Shown in pieces: positions 10,591 through 21,092 of a DNA stretch of 64,000 nt; position 1 is the stretch's first letter, and every line of letters starts with the position of its first letter. The DNA is from Candidatus Bathyarchaeota archaeon (GTDB taxonomy: Archaea; Thermoproteota; Bathyarchaeia; TCS64), in the NCBI GenBank assembly GCA_963771885.1, contig CAVYVF010000023.1, forward strand, positions 416,001 through 480,000, written 5' to 3'. The notes under the pieces are model-generated. The model was not told where the DNA came from and ran no database searches. It saw only the letters and a list, made by a program, of their open reading frames with translations. A program made the position numbers and the translations under genes.

Positions 10591-11430
10591 GTGATAGGCG
10601 GCTTCCTAGTCTTTTGCCTAAAGCTCGCCGCATTCTTCATCTCGGGTTCCGTTGCCCTCCTCTCCGACGCGCTTGAATCCATCGTGAACATAGTCGCCTC
10701 TCTTATGATGTTCATATCGGTCAAGGTATCGGGTGAGCCGGCCGATGTCGACCACCCATACGGGCATGAGAAGGTTGAGAACATCTCTGCCTTCGTCGAA
10801 GGCGCTCTCATTTTGGTGGCGGGACTCCTAATCGCCTATACCGCCATTGGGAGACTCTTTAACCCCGTCGAACTCGGCAGCCTCGATCTCGCCCTCATAG
10901 TATCGTTAGTCGCCACGGGGATAAACGGGGGGCTATCTCTTTACCTTGCCAGATCCGCGAAGGCACATGGTTCCTTAGCTCTCGAAGGCGACGCTAAGCA
11001 CCTACTCTCCGACGTTCTATCTTCTGTGGGCGTAGTCGTAGGGTTATTCATCGCCAAGCTAACAGGGTGGACTATACTTGATCCGCTCATCGCACTCCTC
11101 ATGGCCCTCATAGTCTTCCGCATGGGCACCGAACTCGTCACAAAGGCGGGAAACGGGCTGCTCGATCAAGCCGCTGACGACGAGCAGAAACAGATCGAGG
11201 CGCTCCTAAACGCACATCAACCCCAATTCATCGACTACCACAACGTCAAGACACGCCGAAGCGGGAACAAGGTATTCGCAGAGCTACACTTGACCGTCGA
11301 CCCCAACCTCACCGTCCAGAAGGCGCACGACTTGACGAAGCATCTCGAGGAGAGGCTGAATATGGAGATGCCTAAGGTCAGCCTAACCATCCACGTCGAG
11401 CCGCCGAAGGCGCACGGCGACGCCGACTGA
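10591..11430 (+). CDS. Cation diffusion facilitator (FieF/CzcD-like)
   Basis: SVALLSDALES, HPYGHEK, HLLSD, C-terminal H.EP; start may be about 10 codons upstream. Confidence 0.92.
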   Translation: MIGGFLVFCLKLAAFFISGSVALLSDALESIVNIVASLMMFISVKVSGEPADVDHPYGHEKVENISAFVEGALILVAGLLIAYTAIGRLFNPVELGSLDLALIVSLVATGINGGLSLYLARSAKAHGSLALEGDAKHLLSDVLSSVGVVVGLFIAKLTGWTILDPLIALLMALIVFRMGTELVTKAGNGLLDQAADDEQKQIEALLNAHQPQFIDYHNVKTRRSGNKVFAELHLTVDPNLTVQKAHDLTKHLEERLNMEMPKVSLTIHVEPPKAHGDAD

Positions 11431-11471
11431 CTTTTTCAACCCGAAGCCACACAGAGTAGGCGGGTGTAACA

Positions 11472-12248
11472 GTGGGCAACATCATCGACAAATTCTCATT
11501 AAAGAACCAGGTGGGCATCGTCACTGGCGGAGGACAGGGGCTGGGCAAGGTCTTCAGCCTTGCATTTGCCGAAGCCGGGGCCGACGTCGTCATAGCTGAA
11601 CTCAACCACAAAACCGGACCTGAGACCGCCAAGGAGGTAGAGGCCCTTGGACGCAAATCACTTTTTATCGAAACAGACGTTACAAACCGCCTAAACCTCG
11701 AAACCCTAGTATCGAAAACCGTCGAACACTTCGGACGCCTCGACTTCATCATGAATAATGCAGGCATAGTCAAGTGGTGCCCTGCCGAGGACGTCACTGA
11801 GAAAGACTGGCGCGCCGTCATCGACGTCAACCTTAACGGCCTCTTTTATTGTTGCCAGGCGGCGGCGAGGCAAATGATCAAGCAGAAGAGCGGACGCATA
11901 ATCAACATAGCTTCCATGTCCGGTTATATTGTCAACCGTCCGCAGCCGCAGGCTAGCTATAACGCCTCAAAGGCAGCTGTCATACACCTCACGCGGAGCC
12001 TCGCCGCGGAGTGGGCGCAGCATAACATACGCGTAAACGCGATCGCTCCCGGCTACATGGACACTGCTATGACCCACAAGGCCTTCGAGGACCCCGCATA
12101 CGGCCCCATCTGGACAGACGGTATACCCATGCACCGGCCTGGACGCCCTGAGGAACTTGCCCCGCTCGCTGTCTTCCTTGCGAGCGAGGCTTCGAGCTAC
12201 GTCACGGGCTCCACGATCCTTATAGACGGCGGATACACGGCCTGGTAG
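11472..12248 (+). CDS. SDR family oxidoreductase
   Basis: TGGGQGLG, NNAG, YNASK, IDGG. Confidence 0.93.
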   Translation: MGNIIDKFSLKNQVGIVTGGGQGLGKVFSLAFAEAGADVVIAELNHKTGPETAKEVEALGRKSLFIETDVTNRLNLETLVSKTVEHFGRLDFIMNNAGIVKWCPAEDVTEKDWRAVIDVNLNGLFYCCQAAARQMIKQKSGRIINIASMSGYIVNRPQPQASYNASKAAVIHLTRSLAAEWAQHNIRVNAIAPGYMDTAMTHKAFEDPAYGPIWTDGIPMHRPGRPEELAPLAVFLASEASSYVTGSTILIDGGYTAW

Positions 12249-12370
12249 ACTCAGCTATGATAATTCCCCATCTCTACACCTTAACGAGCTAAAGGCGCGC
12301 GCTAACAGGAACTCGACGAGGGGTAACCATTTTTATTCAAGAGATCGGCTACAAGCGCGTGCCCGCCACC

Positions 12371-13558
12371 TTAGGGCTGGTTCCGCTCTTTCAGCTGCAG
12401 CACGAGGAGCAAGTTGATCACTAGCATCGCGGCGCCGACATAGAAGGAGGCGACGTAGCCGAAGGGCACACCAGCGAATGTGAGCACGCCGCTGAAGAAT
12501 AGGGGGCCGACGACACCGCCGAAGTCGAAAAAGGTCCTGTAGGTCCCGATCGCCATACCTCGGCTCTCCCCCGGTACCGAGTCTGCGATGAAAGCCGGCG
12601 TCACCCCGTAGACTATGCCCCAGAAGAAGCCGTTGAGGAACATGAGTGGCAGCATTAACTCGAACAACCCCGTGAGGCTGAGCCCGATGAGACTCACGAC
12701 ACCCACTATAAAGCCTAGGGCTAGCACCCTCTTCCTACCCAGCCTATCAGAGAGTGTCCCACCAAGGAGATTTCCTGTGATGTTGCCAGCAGTGCTCAGC
12801 GAGACGAGTAACCCATATCCTGCGAGGGTGAAGGCGAGCTCCTCTGTCACGTAGAGGGGCATCAGTGTCCCCATCAGACCGTTGTTCATCATCATGCAGA
12901 CGAAGTTGATGAGGCAGCACGCGATTAGTGTCCTATTCATAAGCCCATTGAGCACTAAGCGGCTCGGGAGGATCGACGAGAGCTTCACGGGCCCCGCTTG
13001 CTTTCCACCGCCCTTAACTAGTAATACAACACCGAGTGCAGCGAAACCGACAGCTGCGCAGAGCAGGAAGATCGAGCGAAGTCCCAGTCCCACGGCGAGA
13101 AAGCCGCTCACGGTCTGACCGAGAAAGCTCCCCGTAAGCTCCACCGCTTGGAAAAGTCCAAGGTAGCGCCCCCTAGTTTTATTCGGGAAGAGGCTGCTAA
13201 CGTAGGTCATACCAATGCAAAAGAAGCTCGCGTCTCCCACCCCCCAGAGTGCGCGGGCGACGATTAACACCCAGATGTCGTTCGTTAAGTAGCAGGCGAG
13301 AGCACCGAAGATGCCGAAGAACCGCCCCGCGATGAGGAGTCTACGAATCGCCACCTTGTCGCTGAGTACGCCTATCGGGAACTCGGCGAGCATCCTGACG
13401 ACGAAGTAGCCGGAGACGGCGAGACCGACGAGGAATATGGGTGCCGTGAAGCTCTGCCTGACGAATGGGGCGAATATGGGGTAGATGAGCCCGCCGGCGA
13501 ACATCGTCAGCGTGCCGCCGACGACCATGAGAAGGTACTCGCGGCTCTCCGGCTTCAA
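12371..13558 (-). CDS. MFS transporter
   Basis: About 12 TM segments, GTLSDRLGRKR motif A. Confidence 0.9.
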   Translation of the reverse strand: MKPESREYLLMVVGGTLTMFAGGLIYPIFAPFVRQSFTAPIFLVGLAVSGYFVVRMLAEFPIGVLSDKVAIRRLLIAGRFFGIFGALACYLTNDIWVLIVARALWGVGDASFFCIGMTYVSSLFPNKTRGRYLGLFQAVELTGSFLGQTVSGFLAVGLGLRSIFLLCAAVGFAALGVVLLVKGGGKQAGPVKLSSILPSRLVLNGLMNRTLIACCLINFVCMMMNNGLMGTLMPLYVTEELAFTLAGYGLLVSLSTAGNITGNLLGGTLSDRLGRKRVLALGFIVGVVSLIGLSLTGLFELMLPLMFLNGFFWGIVYGVTPAFIADSVPGESRGMAIGTYRTFFDFGGVVGPLFFSGVLTFAGVPFGYVASFYVGAAMLVINLLLVLQLKERNQP

Positions 13559-13653
13559 TCTGGGTCCGCCCGATACCCACGCACCGCGGGGATTTAAACA
13601 CCGACCCCGCCCTCAGATAAGTTTTTCAGCCCACGCCCCCCGGGTTCAAGGCG

Positions 13654-14890
13654 GTGGGGTTCTACGAGCAAAAGGGAGCTTCTCGTCAGTAAGATAGAGA
13701 ACGGAATAGTCATAGACCACATCCCCTCGGGGAAGGCTTTCCAAGTCCTCCGACTCCTAAAGGTGGAGCCGGATGCCCAGGCGCTCATCGCCCAGAACGT
13801 GGAAAGCAAGACGATGGGGCGGAAGGATCTCATAAAGATCGAGGGAACCTATCTCACGAGCAAACAGATAGACCTCATAGCCTTCCTCGCACCCGACGCC
13901 ACCCTCAACATTATACAGGACTGGGACGTGAAGGAAAAGAGGCGGATACAGCTCCCGAAACAGGTCGAGGGTATATTCAGGTGCCCTAACCCCCTCTGCC
14001 AAACGAACGCCCCCTTCAGTACATTCAAGACAAACTTCAAGGTCGAGAAGGGGGAGCGCATCGAGGCGACCAAGCTCAATTGCACCTACTGCTCAAGCGT
14101 AAGCTACTACGGCCCCGTGCTAGAGCAGCTCACGCGTGACGACTTCACTATCGAGGGTAGCGGGCTCGTCAGCCAGGAGAAGATAGAGCGTGTCCTCCTA
14201 GACGCCCTCATCAAGGGCGGAGCCCTGCGCTTCCCTACAAGCTCCAAGGAGCTCTTCCTGCTTAAGAGCGGGCGCAAGAGCCCCTACTTCGTCAACCTCG
14301 GCGCCCTCACAGATGGCGAGAGCCTCGGCAAGCTCAAGTGGGCCTTCGCCAGCTACATCGCCCTCCAGATGGAGAAGGGAGAGTTACCAGACTTCGACTA
14401 CGTTTTCGGCCCGAGCTACAAGGGCATCAGTCTCGCTGCTCTCACCTGCGAGGGACTCCGCGAACTATACGGCATGAAGAAGCGCTTCATGTACGACAGG
14501 AAGGAGGAGAAGAGCTACGGCGACATGACCGCCGACAAGGTAATCGTCGGCGCTGGCTACTACAAGCCGGGTCAGCGTATACTCGTTGTCGATGACACTA
14601 TTACTACGGGCGCCACGAAGGTGGACACTTTCGAGAAGCTCCACTTACTTGAGGACCACAAGGTAGTCGGACTCGTAATTGCAGTCGACAGGCAGGAGAA
14701 GATGGGCGACGCCGAGCACATAGAGGCGAAGACCCCCACTGAAAACATACAGGACGAGCTAGGCATTAGGGTCTTCAGTATTCAGAATATCAAGAGCATC
14801 TACGGACTCATCAAGGATGGGCTCGACCCCGAGATGAAGAAGCTCTGGCTCGACTACTACAACAAATTCGGGATAGTCAAACTGGAGTAG
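13654..14890 (+). CDS. pyrI-pyrE: Fusion of aspartate carbamoyltransferase regulatory subunit (PyrI) and orotate phosphoribosyltransferase (PyrE)
   Basis: ELLVSKIENGIVIDHIP, CPNPLC and CTYC Zn ligands, then in frame LKSGRKSPYFVN, DRKEEK, VVDDTITTG. GTG at 13654 needs one extra base in GTGGGGTTCT removed. Confidence 0.85.
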
Positions 14891-14923
14891 CCGTTTTTAT
14901 TCCGCAACTCCGCTTCCCCATCC

Positions 14924-16306
14924 ATGGAGCGGTTTGATGTACTCGTCGTCGGCTCGGGTTCGGGTATGACGATAGTCGAGGGTGCCCTCAACAAGGGGTT
15001 GAGGGTTGCACTCGTCGAGAAGGATGAGCTAGGAGGAACCTGCCTCAACAGGGGGTGTATACCGAGCAAGATGGTAATATACCCCGCAGACGTCGTCGAG
15101 GAAATTAAGCGCGCCGCCGCCCTCGGGGTCAAGGTGACCATAGACAGGATCGACTTCCAGACGATAATGGCGCGTATGAGGCGTAGCGTTGAGGAGGACC
15201 GTCGCCACATGGAGGAGAGCGTGGCGCGCATCAATACTCTCCGTTATTACCACGCGGTTGGCGAGTTCACGGGCGACTACAGGATGACGGTCGCCGGCGA
15301 TGAGATCGAGGCGAAGAACGTTTTCCTAGTCTCGGGTGCGCGTCCCGACATTCCAGCCATCAATGGCCTCGACAAGGTACCCTACCACACAAGCAGGGAC
15401 ATTTGGGAACTAAATAGCCCCCCCGAGAGCCTGATAATCATAGGTGGAGGCTATATCGCAGCAGAAATGGCTCACTTCTTCAGCGGCATCGGCGTCGATG
15501 TTAAGGTACTTAGCCGGAGTCCCCGACTTCTTAGACGTGTCGAGCCCGAGATCGGTGAGACTCTTACGCAGGCTCTTAGGGCGAGGATGACTGTTAAAAC
15601 CGGAGTCGAGTTCCTTGGCGTGACTGAGTCGGGCGGTATCAAGGAGGTCACGGTCAAGGAAGGTAGCGAGGAGCAAGTCTATCGGGCTGACAATATACTC
15701 GTCGCTACCGGGGAGAGGGGAAACGCTGACCTGCTCAGGGTTGAGAAGACCGGCGTTGCCGCCGATGAGAGGGGCTACATAAAGGTGAATGAGTTCTATG
15801 AGACTGGCAAGCCCCGCATCTGGGCCTTCGGCGATGCCATCGGCAGGGCGATGTTCAAGCACGTCGCCAACAGAGAAGCTGAGATTGTCTGGCACATCTT
15901 CGACCATGGCCACAAGCAAGTTCTCGACTACGACAAGGTCCCCTACGCTGTTTTCACCTCACCGCAGGTAGCTGGCGTCGGCATTACTGAGGATGAGGCC
16001 AAACGCCGCGGGCTCGGCTACCTCGTGGGCAGCTACGCCTACGCGGATACCGCATATGGCGCCGCGATGGGTGAGAAGGTTGGCTTCGTCAAGCTCATCG
16101 CAGAGGAGAAGAAACACTTCATACTCGGCTGCCATATAGTTGGGCCTCAAGCGGCGACGCTGATACACGAGGTCATCATCGCCATGAACGCCGGAGACGG
16201 ATCAGTCTACCCATTGCTTGACTCCATGCATATCCACCCCGCCCTCAGCGAGGTCGTCCAGCGCGCTGTCTGGCGCCTTCAGAAGCCTATCCACAACAAC
16301 GAATAG
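14924..16306 (+). CDS. Dihydrolipoamide dehydrogenase/mycothione reductase-like pyridine nucleotide-disulfide oxidoreductase
   Basis: GGTCLNRGCIPSK, GGGYIAAE, IHPALSE. Confidence 0.9.
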   Translation: MERFDVLVVGSGSGMTIVEGALNKGLRVALVEKDELGGTCLNRGCIPSKMVIYPADVVEEIKRAAALGVKVTIDRIDFQTIMARMRRSVEEDRRHMEESVARINTLRYYHAVGEFTGDYRMTVAGDEIEAKNVFLVSGARPDIPAINGLDKVPYHTSRDIWELNSPPESLIIIGGGYIAAEMAHFFSGIGVDVKVLSRSPRLLRRVEPEIGETLTQALRARMTVKTGVEFLGVTESGGIKEVTVKEGSEEQVYRADNILVATGERGNADLLRVEKTGVAADERGYIKVNEFYETGKPRIWAFGDAIGRAMFKHVANREAEIVWHIFDHGHKQVLDYDKVPYAVFTSPQVAGVGITEDEAKRRGLGYLVGSYAYADTAYGAAMGEKVGFVKLIAEEKKHFILGCHIVGPQAATLIHEVIIAMNAGDGSVYPLLDSMHIHPALSEVVQRAVWRLQKPIHNNE

Positions 16307-16359
16307 CCGAGACCGTTTATATCCAGAGCCACCCAAACCCAACGTGGAGATGCATCGCG

Positions 16360-16938
16360 GTGAACGTCGTCGACGCTATTGAGAAACGCAGGGCATACCG
16401 ATCACTGGATCCAGTTGAGATAACAGACGAGGTTGTACGGGACCTCGCGATCCACGCCGACCTCGCTCCAAGCTGCAACAACAACCAACCCTGGAGATTC
16501 ATTTTTGTCAGGGACCCCGCGCAGCTGGCGAAGATACATCTCGGCTTGTCGAAGAGTAATAAGTGGATCCAACTGGCGAGCATGATAGTCGCCGTGTTCA
16601 GTCGTGTCGAGGACGACTGCACCGACAGGGGTAGGGTATACCATCAATTTGACACAGGTATGGGTGTCGCATTCCTCATTCTGCGCGCAACCGAGCTGGG
16701 TCTAGTGGCTCACCCTGTCTCCGGATACGACGAGACGATAGTGAAACAGGCACTCGACGTCCCCGAGAACTACCAGTTGATAACACTTGTCAACATTGGC
16801 AAGCACTCGGAAAAGATCCACCCCTTCCTCACCGAAAAGCAGGCCCTGAGAGAGGTCGAGCGTCCCGCTAGGTTTCCCTTCGAGAGATACGCTTTCTTCG
16901 ACAGATACACGTCTCCCGAGCCCCCGCAGTCAATATGA
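16360..16938 (+). CDS. Nitroreductase family protein
   Basis: RRAYR, APSCNNNQPWRF, LRATELGL. Confidence 0.9.
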   Translation: MNVVDAIEKRRAYRSLDPVEITDEVVRDLAIHADLAPSCNNNQPWRFIFVRDPAQLAKIHLGLSKSNKWIQLASMIVAVFSRVEDDCTDRGRVYHQFDTGMGVAFLILRATELGLVAHPVSGYDETIVKQALDVPENYQLITLVNIGKHSEKIHPFLTEKQALREVERPARFPFERYAFFDRYTSPEPPQSI

Positions 16939-16982
16939 GTATCACCTAGGAGTTGAGTGGAAAAAAACGCGCGTGGAAGCAG

Positions 16983-17333
16983 TTACTTCGTCGTTATGGT
17001 GTACTGAACGCCGAGAGGCGCAAGGATCTCATCGATCTGCTCGATGAGCATGTTGATCTGCTCCATCTTCGGCTCCTTGAACCACTCGAAGATAAAGTCA
17101 TAGTCACCCAACTTAGTGCTGCTCTTACTAATGATCGTTCCACAACGCTTCTCTGGGATTCCACCCATCGTGGAGAAGTAGTTCATAACGCCCTCTTGGG
17201 CATTAAACTGGGGCATAGCCGACTCGATCATGGTATCCATGATGCAGACCTCGGGCATGTTGACGGCGAGCTTCTCGAGTGCCTTGATCGCCTTGAGGAG
17301 CGGTGGGCCGTAGATCCTAACATAGCTCTTCAT
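16983..17333 (-). CDS. Hypothetical protein
   Basis: 116-aa ORF with host-like codon usage, GAGG upstream, AT-rich promoter-like segment at 17367-17380. Confidence 0.7.
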   Translation of the reverse strand: MKSYVRIYGPPLLKAIKALEKLAVNMPEVCIMDTMIESAMPQFNAQEGVMNYFSTMGGIPEKRCGTIISKSSTKLGDYDFIFEWFKEPKMEQINMLIEQIDEILAPLGVQYTITTK

Positions 17334-17391
17334 TAACAGACCTCACATAGGTTGATGAAAGCGTAGTTTATTAAAATTTAGCATTCCGACC

Positions 17392-17859
17392 TCAGATTGT
17401 CGCCAGCTGTCGCTCAATATCAGCATATTTAGGCTCCACGCCGGGGTCGTCGGACACCCACTTCCACTTGAGAACGCCGTCCGCGTCAGCTATGAAGACG
17501 CTTCTTTTGGCCACATTGTAGCCCTTAAGACCGGCGAAGTTCCTAAGTTCGACACCGTACTCCTTCACGGTGTCACGTGTGTAGTCGCTGAGTAGGGGGA
17601 AGTTCAGGGCATTATCGTCGTGAAAACCCTTGAGGCTGAAGGGGTCGTTCACGCTGATGCCCACAATTTGGGCTTCTAGCTTCTCGAGCTTTGCTAGGTC
17701 GTCGCGGAGAGTGCACATCTCCTTCTTGCAGGTACCTGTAAAGGCACCGGGGAAGAAGGCAAGCACGAGTTTTCGCCCCTTCCACTCCTTGAGGCTGCGC
17801 TTCCTGAAGTTCATGTCAACGAGCGTGAAGTCGGGTAGCTTTTCCCCTATCTCAACCAT
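17392..17859 (-). CDS. Peroxiredoxin (AhpC/TSA, BCP-like)
   Basis: FFPGAFTGTCKKEMC, FPLLSD, R.VFI. Confidence 0.92.
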   Translation of the reverse strand: MVEIGEKLPDFTLVDMNFRKRSLKEWKGRKLVLAFFPGAFTGTCKKEMCTLRDDLAKLEKLEAQIVGISVNDPFSLKGFHDDNALNFPLLSDYTRDTVKEYGVELRNFAGLKGYNVAKRSVFIADADGVLKWKWVSDDPGVEPKYADIERQLATI

Positions 17860-18117
17860 TATTCATCGTCTGATTATTGGGAGAAACCGGTTTTTAAACT
17901 GACTGGGGAGACGCATCTGACGCTCTTCACCCTCAGCGAGTCGATGTTTATTATCTCCTTTCTGGTCAGATTGTAGCCAACGAATTTTTGGGGGGCTGTT
18001 ATTTTTAAGGCAGATCTCGGTGCCGGCCTCTTCCGTCAGTGCCAGCGCGCGCAGTCAATGAGGGGTGGCACGTCAAGTCTCATTAACCCGCAGACGCATA
18101 CCTCCCCGGTGCATGTT

Positions 18118-18483
18118 ATGCCGAAGATTGACGGGCTTGTTACCTTCCTTTACTATGACGACCTCGCCAAAGCAGCGAAGTTCTACACCGAGGTTATGGG
18201 TCTAAAAGTGATAGTGGATCAGGGCTGGGCGAAGATACTGCGGCTCACCGATACGGCGAACGTGGGCCTTGTTGACGGTAAAAAAGGGAGTCTCCGCCCC
18301 AGTAAAGATAAACCGGTGATGTTAACTATCCTCGTCCCCGACGTCGACGCGTGGTACACTCACTTCAAAAAGCTCGGCGTTCCTACTATGAGCGAGCCCC
18401 ACGACGAGCCTGGAATGAACCTACGCCAGTTCATGCTCAAAGACCCTGAAGGCTACGTCATCGAGATGCAGCACTTCTACTAA
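18118..18483 (+). CDS. VOC/glyoxalase family protein
   Basis: DLAKAAKFY..VMGL, DVDAWY, DPEGYVIE. Confidence 0.88.
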   Translation: MPKIDGLVTFLYYDDLAKAAKFYTEVMGLKVIVDQGWAKILRLTDTANVGLVDGKKGSLRPSKDKPVMLTILVPDVDAWYTHFKKLGVPTMSEPHDEPGMNLRQFMLKDPEGYVIEMQHFY

Positions 18484-18545
18484 GCCTACCCACCTTGTTT
18501 TGGTAAAGCATAAATCCCCGTCTTCATGGCTCATCAGGATACGCG

Positions 18546-19868
18546 ATGAGCGCAAAGACGCCGCGACAGTACTATGATGAGGTCCTCACCGCCCTGCAGG
18601 ACCATCACAGGGCGTTCAACCGGTACATTCCCCTCATAGCGAGTGAGAACGTGCCGAGCCCCGCTGTGCGAGAGGCGATGACCACCGACTTCGGTAACCG
18701 CTACGCGGAGGGCTGGGTCGGGGAGCGCGTCTATGCTGGCTGCGAGTGGATAGACAAAGTCGAGTACGCCTGCATAGAGCTTGAGAAGAAGCTGTTTAAG
18801 GCGGAGTTCGTCGATCCTCGCCCAATCTCAGGCGTTGTCTCAAACCTCGTAGTCTACACCGCCTTCACGGAGCCCGGGGACACCATAATGGCGCTCCCCA
18901 TCACCTGCGGCGGGCACATCACATATGGACGAAAAAACCTCGGAGGTACAGCCGGCGCGGTCACCGGTCTCGAGGTTGAGTACCTTCCCCTCGACTATGA
19001 GGAGCTGAACATTGATGTTGATAAGACGGCGCAGAGGCTCATGAAGCTTGTCGAGGAGGGCAAAGCGCCGAAACTCGTAATCTTCGGCGGTAGCGTCTTC
19101 CCGTTCCCGCACCCCGTCGAGGAGCTCGCGGGAGTCTTTCATGACGCAGGCGCATTGATCCACTACGATAGCGCGCACGTCAGTGGCCTCATCGCAGGGG
19201 GCAAGTTCCAGGACCCGCTACGGGAAGGCGTCGACACAGTTACCGTAAGCACGCACAAGACGTTCTTCGGCCCCCAACACGGCACTGTACTCAGCTGGGA
19301 CAAGTACGCCGAGCCAATCAAGAAGGCGACACTACCCGGCCTAGTCAGCAACCACCACCTACACGCGCTCGCCGGCGTCGCAATCGCCTGCGCTGAGATG
19401 CTCCAGTTCGGAGAGGCTTATGCCGAGCAGGTCATCAGGAACAGTAAGGCGCTAGGACAGGCACTCTATGAGCGGGGCTTCAAGGTCCTCGCCGAGCACA
19501 AAGGATTCACCGAGAGCCACATTCTTCTCATCGACATAACCAAGTTCGGCCTCGGCGGCGACATCGAGAAGAAGCTTGAGAAGGCGGGCATCATCATAAA
19601 CCGCAATCTCCTCCCCTGGGACGTAAAGGAGGGGCGCCACTACATGAATCCCGGTGGCATACGCCTAGGCACCTCGGAACTCACACGCCTTGGCATGAAG
19701 GAGGGCGAGATGGTCGAGGTCGCCGAGCTCATGAAGCGCGTAGTCGTCGACGGTGAGGACCCTGCGAAGGTCGGCGCCGACGCTGCCGAGCTCCGCAGCG
19801 ACTACGAGAAGGTCCAGTACTGCTTCGAGAACTCTACCAAGGCCTACGAGTATGTCAAAATCAGGTAG
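18546..19868 (+). CDS. glyA: Serine hydroxymethyltransferase (archaeal type)
   Basis: LIASEN, RYAEG, GGHI, YDSAH, STHKTFFGPQ, GIRLGT. Confidence 0.97.
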   Translation: MSAKTPRQYYDEVLTALQDHHRAFNRYIPLIASENVPSPAVREAMTTDFGNRYAEGWVGERVYAGCEWIDKVEYACIELEKKLFKAEFVDPRPISGVVSNLVVYTAFTEPGDTIMALPITCGGHITYGRKNLGGTAGAVTGLEVEYLPLDYEELNIDVDKTAQRLMKLVEEGKAPKLVIFGGSVFPFPHPVEELAGVFHDAGALIHYDSAHVSGLIAGGKFQDPLREGVDTVTVSTHKTFFGPQHGTVLSWDKYAEPIKKATLPGLVSNHHLHALAGVAIACAEMLQFGEAYAEQVIRNSKALGQALYERGFKVLAEHKGFTESHILLIDITKFGLGGDIEKKLEKAGIIINRNLLPWDVKEGRHYMNPGGIRLGTSELTRLGMKEGEMVEVAELMKRVVVDGEDPAKVGADAAELRSDYEKVQYCFENSTKAYEYVKIR

Positions 19869-19895
19869 CCGGGCATAGTTTCTTAACACCCGGTC

Positions 19896-21080
19896 ATGAC
19901 TAATTCTACAGTTCTAGGGAGAGATGCATCCATGGATGAGACACAAATCAGGAGGCTCGTCGAGGCGAGCGGCTGCGCCGCCTTTGTCGTCTTCGGGGCC
20001 GACAACTTCCGTTACGTAACCGGCGCGACACTGCCCTTCGCGGAGAACTACCCGGAGAGGCAGGCCGCGGCTGTGATCCCCGCCGATGGGAACACATGCG
20101 CCGTAGTCACCCCAGTAGACTGGATCCAGGCTGTGAAAGACCAAGGCTGGAAGGAGGCGGCGGTCGCCTATGACGAGAACGAGGGACCTCACCCTGCAGC
20201 ATTCGCAAAGACCCTCGCGAAGACGTTGGCGGGCATGGGATTAACAAAGGGCAATATCGGGTACGACTCTGAGCGCGCCTCCGCCGGCCTCGTCGAGGCG
20301 GTGAAGGCGGTGTCGAAGGCGAAGCTCGTCGCCATCGACTCTACCCTCGCGGGGGCACGTGCCGTAAAGACTCCCGCCGAGGTCGCCCTCATCGAGCAGA
20401 GCTGCGAGTTCGCTGACAGGGGCATCATACACGCCCTCAACCACCTAGAGGGCACACTCTGGGGGCCAGGCTACACAGTGCCCGAGTTCGCGGAGAGGGT
20501 GAGAGTGCACGCCTTCGAGAGCGGCGCTAGCGGCATCGGCCACATGGCGGTCACGATGGGCGACGACACGCGCCTCGCCTACACGCCCCACCGCGGCGAC
20601 GTCGACGAGGGCCTCGTCATAAGGAGCGACATCACGTGCCACACGATGGGTTACTGGTGCAGCATAAGCCGTATGGCGTACACCGGCTACGCGCCTCCCG
20701 AGGTTGAGGATGCCTACGCCGACAACCAGTACCTTAAACGCGTCGCCGAGGACATGCTCAAGCCCGGCGCCCGCTGCGACAAGATCCATGTCAAGGTTGC
20801 CTCCGAGGCTGAGAAGGCCGGCATTAAGCTACACAGCCCCCTCATAGGGGTGGGTGTCGGCTGTAGCCACTTCGAGGCGCCATACATCGTAGCCGGCAAC
20901 CCCGCCGAGCTAAAGACGGGCAACGTCGTCGCCCTCGGCGTCGAGACGCTCGGTCCACGCAGGGAGATAATCGTCGACCGAGACGTCTACGAGATCACGC
21001 ATGAAGGTGCGCGCAAGCTCAGTTGGTACAGGTGCTGGGATAGCATATACGAGGTGACGGGCTTCAGGGCCGTCCACTAG
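19896..21080 (+). CDS. M24 (Xaa-Pro/creatinase-like) family protein with degenerate metal site
   Basis: Creatinase-N like DNFRYVTG, ARAVKTPAE, pita-bread motifs GYWCSISR and GVGVG..FEAP. Confidence 0.8.
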   Translation: MTNSTVLGRDASMDETQIRRLVEASGCAAFVVFGADNFRYVTGATLPFAENYPERQAAAVIPADGNTCAVVTPVDWIQAVKDQGWKEAAVAYDENEGPHPAAFAKTLAKTLAGMGLTKGNIGYDSERASAGLVEAVKAVSKAKLVAIDSTLAGARAVKTPAEVALIEQSCEFADRGIIHALNHLEGTLWGPGYTVPEFAERVRVHAFESGASGIGHMAVTMGDDTRLAYTPHRGDVDEGLVIRSDITCHTMGYWCSISRMAYTGYAPPEVEDAYADNQYLKRVAEDMLKPGARCDKIHVKVASEAEKAGIKLHSPLIGVGVGCSHFEAPYIVAGNPAELKTGNVVALGVETLGPRREIIVDRDVYEITHEGARKLSWYRCWDSIYEVTGFRAVH

Positions 21081-21092
21081 GAGGAATATGGA

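Noticed and set aside
17350..17395. Possible C/D box sRNA (TGATGA)
   Set aside because: No convincing D'/C'/D boxes; the segment is better explained as promoter and leader of the minus-strand gene.
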